From NCBI GenBank assembly GCA_964649065.1, contig CAZYOL010000003.1:1-61359 (forward strand): 61,359 bases of DNA. The letters run 5' to 3'. The notes under the pieces are model-generated. The model saw only the letters and a program-made list of their open reading frames with translations, was not told the DNA's origin and did no database searches. Each line of letters starts with the position of its first letter. Position 1 is the stretch's first letter. This document shows positions 26,265-33,866 of the stretch, in pieces. Source of the DNA: an uncultured Spirochaetales bacterium. GTDB lineage: Bacteria; Myxococcota_A; UBA9160; SMWR01. The position numbers and the translations under genes are program-made.

Positions 26265-27189
26265 GCCGCCGGGCGAGGGCACGCCCTGCGCCGAGACCGG
26301 CCCGCCCCTCGCCTGCCCGCCCGAGCGCACGCGCCACGTCGATTCCGGCGGGCTGAGCCTGGCGGTGCACGAGTGGGGCCCCGAGCGCGGCCAGCCGGTG
26401 CTGCTGGCGCACGGGGGCTTCGATTTCGGTCGCAGCTTCGACCTCTTCGCCCCGCTGCTGGCCCAGGAGGGCTTCCGGGTCGTGTGCTGGGACCAGCGCG
26501 GCCACGGCGACTCGGATCACGCCGCACTCTACGGCTGGTCCGCCGACGTCTACGACGCCAGGGTCGTCCTCGACTCGACCTCGCCCGCGCCGGTGCATGC
26601 GCTCGGGCACTCCAAGGGAGGGCTGGTGCTGCTGGGCCTGATCCAGGCCCTGCCCCACCGCTTCCTGCGCTTCGTGAACATCGACGGGATGCCCTTCGAG
26701 AGGCCGCCGGGCCCCCTCAGCCCGGAGGAGCAGGCCCGGCTGCTGGCCGAGGGCATGGCGAGCTGGCTGGACGCGCGCGCGCGGCTCGGAGGCGAGACCC
26801 CGCCGGCGCGCTCCCTCGAGGAGCTGGCCCGCCGGCGCCAGACCATGAATCCGCGTCTCTCCCTCGACTGCCTGCGCTACCTGGTCCGGGCCGGGGCCCG
26901 GGAGGACGAGCACGGGTGGCGCTGGAAGCTGGATCCGCTGCTGCGCACGGCCGCCTTCGGGCTGCTGCGGCCGGAGTGGGAGCCCCACCGCCTGCGCGGC
27001 CTGAGCGTGCCCCTGCTGGCCCTCTTCGGCCTGGTGCAGGAGCCGATGAGCTGGGGCGCCAGCGTCGAGGCCATCGAGCCCTTCCTGCCGCCGGGGGCCC
27101 AGCTCCGGGCCCTCGAGGCGATCGGCCACTTCGCCCACCTGGAGCAGCCCCGGCGCATCGCCGATCTGGTGCTCGAGTTCCTGGGCTGA
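26257..27189 (+). CDS. Alpha/beta-fold hydrolase
   Basis: It has HGGFDFG, WDQRGHGDS, the nucleophile elbow GHSKGG, and a C-terminal IGHFAHLEQP (catalytic His context). Confidence 0.8.
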   Translation: MPEPPGEGTPCAETGPPLACPPERTRHVDSGGLSLAVHEWGPERGQPVLLAHGGFDFGRSFDLFAPLLAQEGFRVVCWDQRGHGDSDHAALYGWSADVYDARVVLDSTSPAPVHALGHSKGGLVLLGLIQALPHRFLRFVNIDGMPFERPPGPLSPEEQARLLAEGMASWLDARARLGGETPPARSLEELARRRQTMNPRLSLDCLRYLVRAGAREDEHGWRWKLDPLLRTAAFGLLRPEWEPHRLRGLSVPLLALFGLVQEPMSWGASVEAIEPFLPPGAQLRALEAIGHFAHLEQPRRIADLVLEFLG

Positions 27190-27878
27190 TGGCTCCGCCC
27201 TCGACCGTGAAGCTCGTGAACGGTCGCGTGGAGCTGGCCCTCCACAGCCTCCGCGAGGCGCGCTCGGGATCCCCGGGAGAGCGGCCGCTGCTCTTGCTGC
27301 ACGACCTCGCCGAGCGATCGCCCCTGCGCGTCCCGAAGGGATTGGAGGCCTGGCCGGGCTCCGTCCACGCCCTGGACTTCACCGGGCACGGAGACTCGAC
27401 GATCCCCCTCGGCGGGGGCTACACGGCCGAGGTGCTGCTGGCGGACGCCGACACTGCACTGCGACATCTAGGCACGGCGACCCTGCTGGGCCGGGGGCTC
27501 GGCGCCTACGTGGCCCTGATGCTCGCCGGTGTGCGGGCCTCCCGGGTGCGCGGCGCGATCCTGATGGACGGCGCCGGTCTGGCCGGCGGCGGCCCGAAGC
27601 CGGGAACGCCCTTCGTGCCCGCGGCACCGCCGGCGGGCAAGGCGCCGCCCGACCCCTGGGCCCTCTACGAGCTGTCCCGCGATCCGCGCCCGCCCGACTA
27701 CGCCGCCTCCTTCGCGCGCATGGCCGCGCTGCTCTCCGGCCTCGAGCGTCCCGTCTCGGTCTGCTGCAGCGAGCGGCCCCCGTGGCTGGCCGGCGTGCTG
27801 GGAATGCCGGGGGTGGACGACTCCACGCTGTCGGACGCGCTGAGCCGCTACGCCAAGCTCGAGACGGGAGCGACATGA
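27189..27878 (+). CDS. Alpha/beta-hydrolase-like protein with degenerate nucleophile elbow
   Basis: It has LLLLHD, LDFTGHGDS and an elbow reading GRGLGA instead of GxSxG. Its ATG overlaps the preceding stop (TGATG). Confidence 0.6.
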   Translation: MAPPSTVKLVNGRVELALHSLREARSGSPGERPLLLLHDLAERSPLRVPKGLEAWPGSVHALDFTGHGDSTIPLGGGYTAEVLLADADTALRHLGTATLLGRGLGAYVALMLAGVRASRVRGAILMDGAGLAGGGPKPGTPFVPAAPPAGKAPPDPWALYELSRDPRPPDYAASFARMAALLSGLERPVSVCCSERPPWLAGVLGMPGVDDSTLSDALSRYAKLETGAT

Positions 27879-28702
27879 GGCTCAAGGACAAGGTCGTGCT
27901 GATCACGGGCGCCAGCCGCGGCGTGGGAGCGGCCTGCGCCGAGGCCTGCGCCCGCCAGGGCGCCCGGCTGGCCCTCGCCGCCAAGACCCTCGATCCACAC
28001 CCCCGCCTGCCGGGCACGCTGCGCGACGTGGCCCGTCGGGTCGAGGGCCTGGGCTGCGAGGCCCTGGTGATCCCGGTCGACCTGAGGTTCGAGGACCAGG
28101 TGGAGGAGATGGTGGAGCAGACCATCGACCGCTTCGGCCAGCTCGACGTGCTCGTCAACAACGCGGGGGCCCTCTTCCTGGGCCCGGTCGACGCCTGGCC
28201 GGTCGAGAAGTTCGACCTCGTGATGTCGGTGAACGTGCGGGCCGCCTACCTGGCGAGCCGCTTCGCCCTCCCCCTGCTGCGCCGCAGCGGCGGCCACGTG
28301 CTGATGATGTCTCCGCCGCTGCCCGGCAGCGCAGCCGCGGGCAAGGCTCCCTATGTCGTCTCGAAGCTGGGCATGACGCTGCTGGCCCAGGCCATCGACG
28401 CGGAAGAGAGCGAGGTCCACGCCTGCGCCCTGTGGCCGATCACCGCGGTCAAGACCGCGGCGACCGAGCGCATGGGCATGGTGGCCGACCGGGAGCTGAG
28501 TCGACCGGAGCTGCTGGCCGACGCCACCGTCGAGCTGATCGCACGAGAGCCGAGGGCCTGCCGCTTCCGCGCCTGGCTCGACGAAGAGGTGATGCGCGAG
28601 CTCGCCGGCCTGCGAAGCTTCCGCCGCTATCGCTGCGACCCGCGGCACGAGCCGCCCCCCGCCAGCATGAAGCTGGTGGATGCGGAGTGGGAGCGGAGCT
28701 GA
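27875..28702 (+). CDS. Short-chain dehydrogenase/reductase
   Basis: Motifs TGASRGVG, NNAG and YVVSK (YxxxK) are present. The ATG at 27875 overlaps the preceding stop (ATGA). Confidence 0.85.
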   Translation: MRLKDKVVLITGASRGVGAACAEACARQGARLALAAKTLDPHPRLPGTLRDVARRVEGLGCEALVIPVDLRFEDQVEEMVEQTIDRFGQLDVLVNNAGALFLGPVDAWPVEKFDLVMSVNVRAAYLASRFALPLLRRSGGHVLMMSPPLPGSAAAGKAPYVVSKLGMTLLAQAIDAEESEVHACALWPITAVKTAATERMGMVADRELSRPELLADATVELIAREPRACRFRAWLDEEVMRELAGLRSFRRYRCDPRHEPPPASMKLVDAEWERS

Positions 28703-28705
28703 GCC

Positions 28706-29608
28706 TCAACCCGCCTCGAAGGCCTCTCTCGCCTCGGCAAAGGCCTCGAGGGCCTGGGCCTCGTGCGGATCGTGGAAGGCCAGCAGCAGCTGCTCGACCC
28801 CGACCTCCCGCAGTCGGGCCAGCTGCTCCGGGATCTCCTCGGGTCTCCCGCACAGCGCGCGCTCGATCACCCGGGGTGCGTGCTCGGCTCCGCGCTGCTC
28901 TCGCAGCTCCCCGAGCAGCGCCCGGAGCCGCTCCCGGTCGCGTCCGACGAAGCCGTCCACCTCGAGCGAGCGCAAGACCGGCCGCGCTCGCCCTGCCGCT
29001 TGCGCCTCGAAGCGCGCGCGCAAGGCAGCGAACTCGGCCGGAGTGCGGTAGGAGGCCTCCCAGACGTCGGCCAGCCGCGCGGCGCAGGCCAGGCCGGAGG
29101 GGCCGCTGGCCGCGACGGTGACGGGGATCTCCAGAGGCGGAAGGCCCAGGCCCACCTCCGGCTGCCCCGGCTCCGGGGCCAGGCGCAGGCTGTCGCCGGC
29201 CCACAGCCTGCGCAGCACGGGCAGATCCAGGGCGAGGCGCTCGAGCCGCTCGGCGTAGCCGGGGTAGGACACGCCGAAGGGTCGCCACCAGGGCTCGGCG
29301 TAGCGCCGCGCGGCGCCGGCGCCGGTTCGGAAGTCGAGTCGACCCCCGGAGATCAGCGCAACGCTGGCGGCCTGGCGCGCCAACAGGGCCAGCGAGCGGT
29401 AGCTCGGGAGCAGGTTGGCGATGACGGGCCCCAGACGGATGCGTCGGGTGGCGCGGGCCAGCGCGGCGAGCACCGTCCAGCAGTCGAGATTCAGGCCGGT
29501 GGGAGACTCCCCGTAGTAGAAGGCGTCGTAGCCGAGGCGCTCGGCCAGCAGGCAGGTGCGCTCGATCTCCCGCCAGTCGCTCGACCAGACCTCGAGCGCG
29601 TATCTCAC
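28706..29608 (-). CDS. Luciferase-like monooxygenase (LLM) class flavin/F420-dependent oxidoreductase
   Basis: The TIM-barrel LLM pattern is present: ERLGYDAFYYGE, RIRLGPVIAN, GGRLDFRTGAG. The cofactor cannot be decided by eye. Confidence 0.7.
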   Translation of the reverse strand: MRYALEVWSSDWREIERTCLLAERLGYDAFYYGESPTGLNLDCWTVLAALARATRRIRLGPVIANLLPSYRSLALLARQAASVALISGGRLDFRTGAGAARRYAEPWWRPFGVSYPGYAERLERLALDLPVLRRLWAGDSLRLAPEPGQPEVGLGLPPLEIPVTVAASGPSGLACAARLADVWEASYRTPAEFAALRARFEAQAAGRARPVLRSLEVDGFVGRDRERLRALLGELREQRGAEHAPRVIERALCGRPEEIPEQLARLREVGVEQLLLAFHDPHEAQALEAFAEAREAFEAG

Positions 29609-29709
29609 CCAGACGACCCCCGAGTCCAGCGGCGCCGCGGGACGATAGCGGCGGCCGCGCCGCCCGCAGCCTGGCCGCCGCCCGGCGGGGCGGTAGGCTT
29701 CGCGGCTCG

Positions 29710-30201
29710 ATGCCCGAGGAGGACCCGAGCGCGCTGTACCGCGCCTTCGCCGCCAAGTGGGGGCACCCGGACTACCCGCTGGAGCCCGATGCCGAGGAGG
29801 TGCTGGCGGGCGTCGAGGAGGAGCTGGCCCTCGCGCTGCCCCGCGCCTACCGCCGCTTCATGCTCGAGATCGGGCCCGTCATCTGCGGCGGCACGCTGCT
29901 GCGCGCCATCACCACGCGCAAGCTCGACGTCCGCGACCTGAGCGAGTTCCACGCGGCTCGGGACGTGGGCCGCGCGACGATCGCCTGGCGCCGCTCGCGG
30001 CTGCCCGACGACCTGGTCACGATCGCCAGCGACGGCTGCGGCAACCAGTTCTGCCTGCGCTTCGAGGCCAGCGAAGCTCCCGTGCCGGACGCCCCGGTCT
30101 GGCTCTGGCGCCACGAGTCCGACGAGGCCGTGCCCGTGGCCCCGAGCTTCGTCGCCTGGCTCGCCAGCCTGCTGGCGATCGACCCCGTCCCCGAAGACTG
30201 A
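29710..30201 (+). CDS. SMI1/KNR4 (SUKH) family protein
   Basis: It has LPRAYRRFMLEIG and a later SDGCGNQFCL, typical of the SUKH-1 family. Confidence 0.65.
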   Translation: MPEEDPSALYRAFAAKWGHPDYPLEPDAEEVLAGVEEELALALPRAYRRFMLEIGPVICGGTLLRAITTRKLDVRDLSEFHAARDVGRATIAWRRSRLPDDLVTIASDGCGNQFCLRFEASEAPVPDAPVWLWRHESDEAVPVAPSFVAWLASLLAIDPVPED

Positions 30202-30246
30202 GGTCGCCCCGCAACTCCGGGCCCGGACGCGGACCCGAGGCGCGGC

Positions 30247-31299
30247 TCAGGCGGGCGCCTCCTCCCGCACCAGCTCGACCATCCGACCCAGCGTGTCCAG
30301 GCGCTCCGTGAGCGTCTCTCCGGCCGGCACCAGGCGCAGGCTCGAGATGCCGAGCTCCCCGTAGCGCCGGATCCGATCGCGCACGAAGGCCTCGCTCCCG
30401 ATGAAGTTCGAGCGCTCGATCATGGCATCCGGCACGGCCCGCGCCGCATCGCCGCGCCTCCCGGCCAGCCACAGCGCCTGCACTTCCCGGGCCGCATCCT
30501 CGAAGCCGCCGCGCCGGTAGGCGTCGTTGTAGAAGTTGGTCCGCGCGGAGCCCATGGCCCCGAGCATGAAGGCGTAGAACGGACGGGCCGCCCGGAATAG
30601 GGGCTCCGGATCGTCGGTGATGGCGACCGTGCCTCCGGCGCAGAGGCTGAGCGCCGAGAACGCGCGGCCGGCCTTCTCGGCGCCCCGCCGCAGGTGGGCC
30701 AGGTGCGCCTCCGCGTGCTCCGGTGTGAAGCAGACGCCCAGCCAGCCGTCGGCCAGCTCTCCGGTCAGCTCCAGGCCCTTGGGCGAGAGGGTGGCCAGAT
30801 AGATGGGAATCTTCTGGTTGCGGGCAAAGCCCAGGCGCAGGGGCTTGCCCTCGCCGCCCGGCCGCGGCAGCTCGTAGTGCTCGCCCCGATGGACGAGCGG
30901 TCGGCCGCGGAAGGCCTGGCGCAGGATCGAGACCACCTCGCGCATGCGGGTCAGCGGCTTGCGGAAGGACTCCCCGTGCAGGCCCTCGACCACCTGGGGA
31001 CCCGAGGCCCCCAGACCCAGCAGGAAGCGGTTTCGGCTCAGCGCCGCCAGGCTGAGGGCGGTCATGGCCGTCATGCTGGGCGTGCGCGCCGTGAGCTGCA
31101 GGATCCCCGTCCCGAGGGCGATCCGCTGCGTCCGCGCGGCGACATAGGCCAGAGTGGACACGGCGTCCAGGCCCCAGGCCTCCGAGGTCCAGGCCTGGTC
31201 CACGCCCAGCTTCTCGGCCTCGACCGCGAAGATCGCCGTCTCCTCGAAATCGCGCTGGAGCCCTGCCTCGGGCCCCCCGATGCTGATCGCGGTCTGCAT
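30247..31299 (-). CDS. LLM class flavin/F420-dependent oxidoreductase
   Basis: LLM blocks are present: AEKLGVDQAWTSEAWG, RIALGTGILQL, RFLLGLGASGPQVVEGLHG. Confidence 0.8.
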   Translation of the reverse strand: MQTAISIGGPEAGLQRDFEETAIFAVEAEKLGVDQAWTSEAWGLDAVSTLAYVAARTQRIALGTGILQLTARTPSMTAMTALSLAALSRNRFLLGLGASGPQVVEGLHGESFRKPLTRMREVVSILRQAFRGRPLVHRGEHYELPRPGGEGKPLRLGFARNQKIPIYLATLSPKGLELTGELADGWLGVCFTPEHAEAHLAHLRRGAEKAGRAFSALSLCAGGTVAITDDPEPLFRAARPFYAFMLGAMGSARTNFYNDAYRRGGFEDAAREVQALWLAGRRGDAARAVPDAMIERSNFIGSEAFVRDRIRRYGELGISSLRLVPAGETLTERLDTLGRMVELVREEAPA

Positions 31300-31333
31300 C
31301 CCCTCGCTCCCGCAGCCAGGCTAGCGGCGGAAG

Positions 31334-32200
31334 CTAGAGGTAGCCGCCGGCGCCCGGCTTGGGCGTCGGGGCCTCGGCCGGGGAGCGCTGGGTGAGCACC
31401 TCCTGGTAGGTGGCGCCGCCGAACATCTGCTTCAGCCGGTCGTCCCACTCGTCGGCGATCGAGGCGACCATGCCGATCGTGAAGCGGAGCTGCTCGTCGC
31501 TCACGTGCTCCCCGAGCAGGGTCTCGTCCACCCAGATCGAGCGGTGCTCGGCGTCCAGGGCAAAGCGGCCGAACATCAGCCCGAAGTTCAGCCGCGCGAG
31601 GAGCAGGCCGAGATCGGGCGTGACGTTCACCCCCACGTTGGTCACCGCGAAGACGCGCAGGATCACGTCGCCGGTCGGGATCACGCGCGGGGCGACCAGG
31701 ACGTGCACGTCGTTGAGCGGCAGCACGTAGTCCCCGTCGCCGTCGCGCTGGGGAACGGAGCCGAGCATCTCGTGCAGCACCTGCTCCACGCGCTCGCGGA
31801 CCCTCTCGAGCTTGAGGCGTGCCTCGTGCTCCGCCCGGTGGCTCCCATGGGCGACGTCCACGGGCGCGTCCGGCTTCGCGCCGAAGACGCCCGTCAGCAC
31901 CTCGAAGGCGCTCGCCACGGCCGAGGCCGAGTCGCTCGCGCTCCGCGCCCAGGGCCGCTTGGGGTCCGAATCGTCCTCGGAGGAGAAGCCACGCTCGCGC
32001 AGCAGCGCGCGCGTCGGCTCGGCGAGGCCCGGCACGATGGGCGGTCGACCCGGGACCCGTACCTCCAGGCTCCCGCCCTCCCGGCGGGTGATCTCCACGA
32101 CGTGGAGGGGGTTCCCGGCGGGCCCGAAGGCCACGAAGTCGAAGGCCTCGAGCCGCTCGACCTCGGACTCCAGGAATGTGCGAACCGGGGCTTCGCCCAT
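31334..32200 (-). CDS. Hypothetical protein, YbjN-like (chaperone/sensory-regulator fold) C-terminal half
   Basis: The 288-aa ORF has good GC3. The C-terminal half (DGDYVLPLNDV.VLV ... LLARLNFGLMFGRFALD) resembles the YbjN family. This is a weak assignment. Confidence 0.45.
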   Translation of the reverse strand: MGEAPVRTFLESEVERLEAFDFVAFGPAGNPLHVVEITRREGGSLEVRVPGRPPIVPGLAEPTRALLRERGFSSEDDSDPKRPWARSASDSASAVASAFEVLTGVFGAKPDAPVDVAHGSHRAEHEARLKLERVRERVEQVLHEMLGSVPQRDGDGDYVLPLNDVHVLVAPRVIPTGDVILRVFAVTNVGVNVTPDLGLLLARLNFGLMFGRFALDAEHRSIWVDETLLGEHVSDEQLRFTIGMVASIADEWDDRLKQMFGGATYQEVLTQRSPAEAPTPKPGAGGYL

Positions 32201-32313
32201 GGGACCTCCGGATCGAGCCTAGTCTTCCGCGGCGACTCCCACCACACCGCGCCGTGGGCCGCCCGCGGCGGCCGGGGGCGCCGCCGGCGCCCCGGGCCGA
32301 TGCAGCCGCCCGC

Positions 32314-32784
32314 TCAGGCGGCGTAGGCGTCGCAGGCCTCGACGCAGCGCCGGCAGGCCTCGAGACAAGCCTGGCACGACGGGTGCTTCTCGGCGTGGGG
32401 CTCGCACTCCCCGGCGCAGTCGTTGCAGAAGTCCGCGCAGACGGCAGCCAGGTCGCGCGTGCGCGGGCTCATTGCCGCATCCGAGGCGGCGATGGCGTGG
32501 GTTGCGCGGCTGACGGCCTGCACGCGCAGCACGCTCTCCAGACAGCGGGCCAGGGTGGTGTCGCCGGAGGCGAGCTCCGCCACGCAGTGGCGGATGCACT
32601 CCGCCGCCGCGTCCTGGCAGTCCAGGGTGGCCTCGCGCAGGGCGAGGATCCGCTTGTCCACTGCCCCGTGCGAGGCCGAGTGGTGCCCGCCCTCCGCGTG
32701 CTCCGCCTGGGCCGCAGCGGCCCGGGCCAGGGTCATGGCGGCGACGCCCGTCGTCGCTCCGTACAGGAATTCCCGACGATCCAT
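32314..32784 (-). CDS. Tat-exported four-helix-bundle Cys-rich copper-binding protein (DUF326 / Csp1-like)
   Basis: A twin-arginine signal (MDRREFLYGATTGVAAMTLARAAAAQA) is followed by a helical domain with 13 Cys in CxxxC-type spacing (DCQDAAAECIRHC, VCADFCNDCAGEC, SCQACLEACRRCVEAC). Confidence 0.75.
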   Translation of the reverse strand: MDRREFLYGATTGVAAMTLARAAAAQAEHAEGGHHSASHGAVDKRILALREATLDCQDAAAECIRHCVAELASGDTTLARCLESVLRVQAVSRATHAIAASDAAMSPRTRDLAAVCADFCNDCAGECEPHAEKHPSCQACLEACRRCVEACDAYAA

Positions 32785-32864
32785 GGGATCGATCCTCCGA
32801 GTGACCGGAGCGGCGAGCGGGCGCACCCCGCGCCCGCGGCGGCATCCGGTGCTGGGCGAAGACC

Positions 32865-33281
32865 TTACACCGGCTCCGAGCGGCGCCGGCCGGCCGGCGC
32901 ACAGCTCAGGAGGACGACCGTCTGCTCGTCGAAGCCCGGATAGGGAGGCGGCTTCCAGCGCGCAGGCGCGGGCAGCGCCTGCGCCTCCCCGGCCGGCCAG
33001 GTGTGGCCGAGAGAGATCCCCGCGCGCACGGGCAGCACCGCACGCGCCAGGGGCGCCACGCCCACGTCGCTGGTGCAGCTCGGGCAGCCGCATTCCAGCG
33101 AGGGCGCCGCAGCCCGGGAGGGGTCGGCGGGCCCGCTCTCGGGTGCGGCATGGCAGGCCGGAGCGGCGGCGGTTGCGCCGGCGAAGCCGGTGGACGCCCC
33201 GTGGCCGGCCTGGCCCTCGCAGTGCGGGCAGTCGGCGCCGCCCAGCAGCAGCGCCGCCAGCAAGACGACACCGCCTCGCAT
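32865..33281 (-). CDS. Small secreted Cys/His-rich protein (hypothetical)
   Basis: It has a signal-like N-terminus (MRGGVVLLAALLLGGA), the motifs CPHC, PACH and ECGCPSC, and consistently G/C third positions in this frame. No family was recognised. Confidence 0.4.
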   Translation of the reverse strand: MRGGVVLLAALLLGGADCPHCEGQAGHGASTGFAGATAAAPACHAAPESGPADPSRAAAPSLECGCPSCTSDVGVAPLARAVLPVRAGISLGHTWPAGEAQALPAPARWKPPPYPGFDEQTVVLLSCAPAGRRRSEPV

Positions 33282-33452
33282 CCACGCCCGCCCGAGGCCC
33301 ATCGTAGGAAGGTACGCAGCGCGGGCGGGAATCGCCATCCCGTCGCCCCGTCCAGTCAGAGCGGAAGCGTCGCAACCGACGGGAGAGGATCACGGCACGG
33401 AGGAGATGCCGGCGCGAATCGAGGGGAGCGAGCGCCCCTCGGCTGCCGGCCG

Positions 33453-33866
33453 TCAGCGGTCGAGGCGGAAGTGGAGCACCAGCGTCACGCTCGACGCCAC
33501 GGGCTTGCCATGGCGCAGGCCCGGCGCGAAGCGGGCGCGTTCGAGCTCGGCCCGCACGGCCTTCGTGAACTCCGGATGGTCGCTGGCGATCAGCTCACGG
33601 CCTCGCACGCTCCCGTCCGGCCAGACCACGACGCGCGCCTCGACGCGTCCTTCCATGCCCCTCTCTCGAAGCTGCTCGGGGTAGCGCGGACGGAGTGGCT
33701 CGAGGGGACGCGCGGGGACGTCGACCTCGCGCTCCCCGAAGACCGGGAAGGCATCTTCGGCCGGAACCTGCGCGGGTACCGGGAGCTCCCGGGGCGACGG
33801 TCCCGTGCATGCGAGCGCGAGGACGAGCAGCGGGAGGGCCCGGGCGCCCTCTCGGCCGTGGCTCAG
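33453..33866 (-). CDS. TonB C-terminal-domain protein (energy transducer TonB-like)
   Basis: The C-terminal TonB fold reads PRYPEQLRERGMEGRVEARVVVWPDGSV...FAPGLRHGKPVASSVTLVLHF, preceded by a hydrophobic LPLLVLALAC segment. There is no in-frame ATG/GTG/TTG after the receptor stop. The only overlap-style candidate is CTG at 33866 (CTGA), so the start is unresolved. Confidence 0.5.
   Translation of the reverse strand: MSHGREGARALPLLVLALACTGPSPRELPVPAQVPAEDAFPVFGEREVDVPARPLEPLRPRYPEQLRERGMEGRVEARVVVWPDGSVRGRELIASDHPEFTKAVRAELERARFAPGLRHGKPVASSVTLVLHFRLDR

Noticed and set aside
32257-32273. GC-rich hairpins that could be intrinsic terminators. They are GGCCGCC-CGC-GGCGGCC at 32257-32273, GGGGGC-n6-GCCCCC at 60685-60702 downstream of lon, and CCCCGCC-n4-GGCGGGG at 22194-22211.
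   Set aside because: None is followed by a U/T tract on the relevant strand, and such stems arise easily by chance in GC-rich sequence. The evidence is not enough to call terminators.
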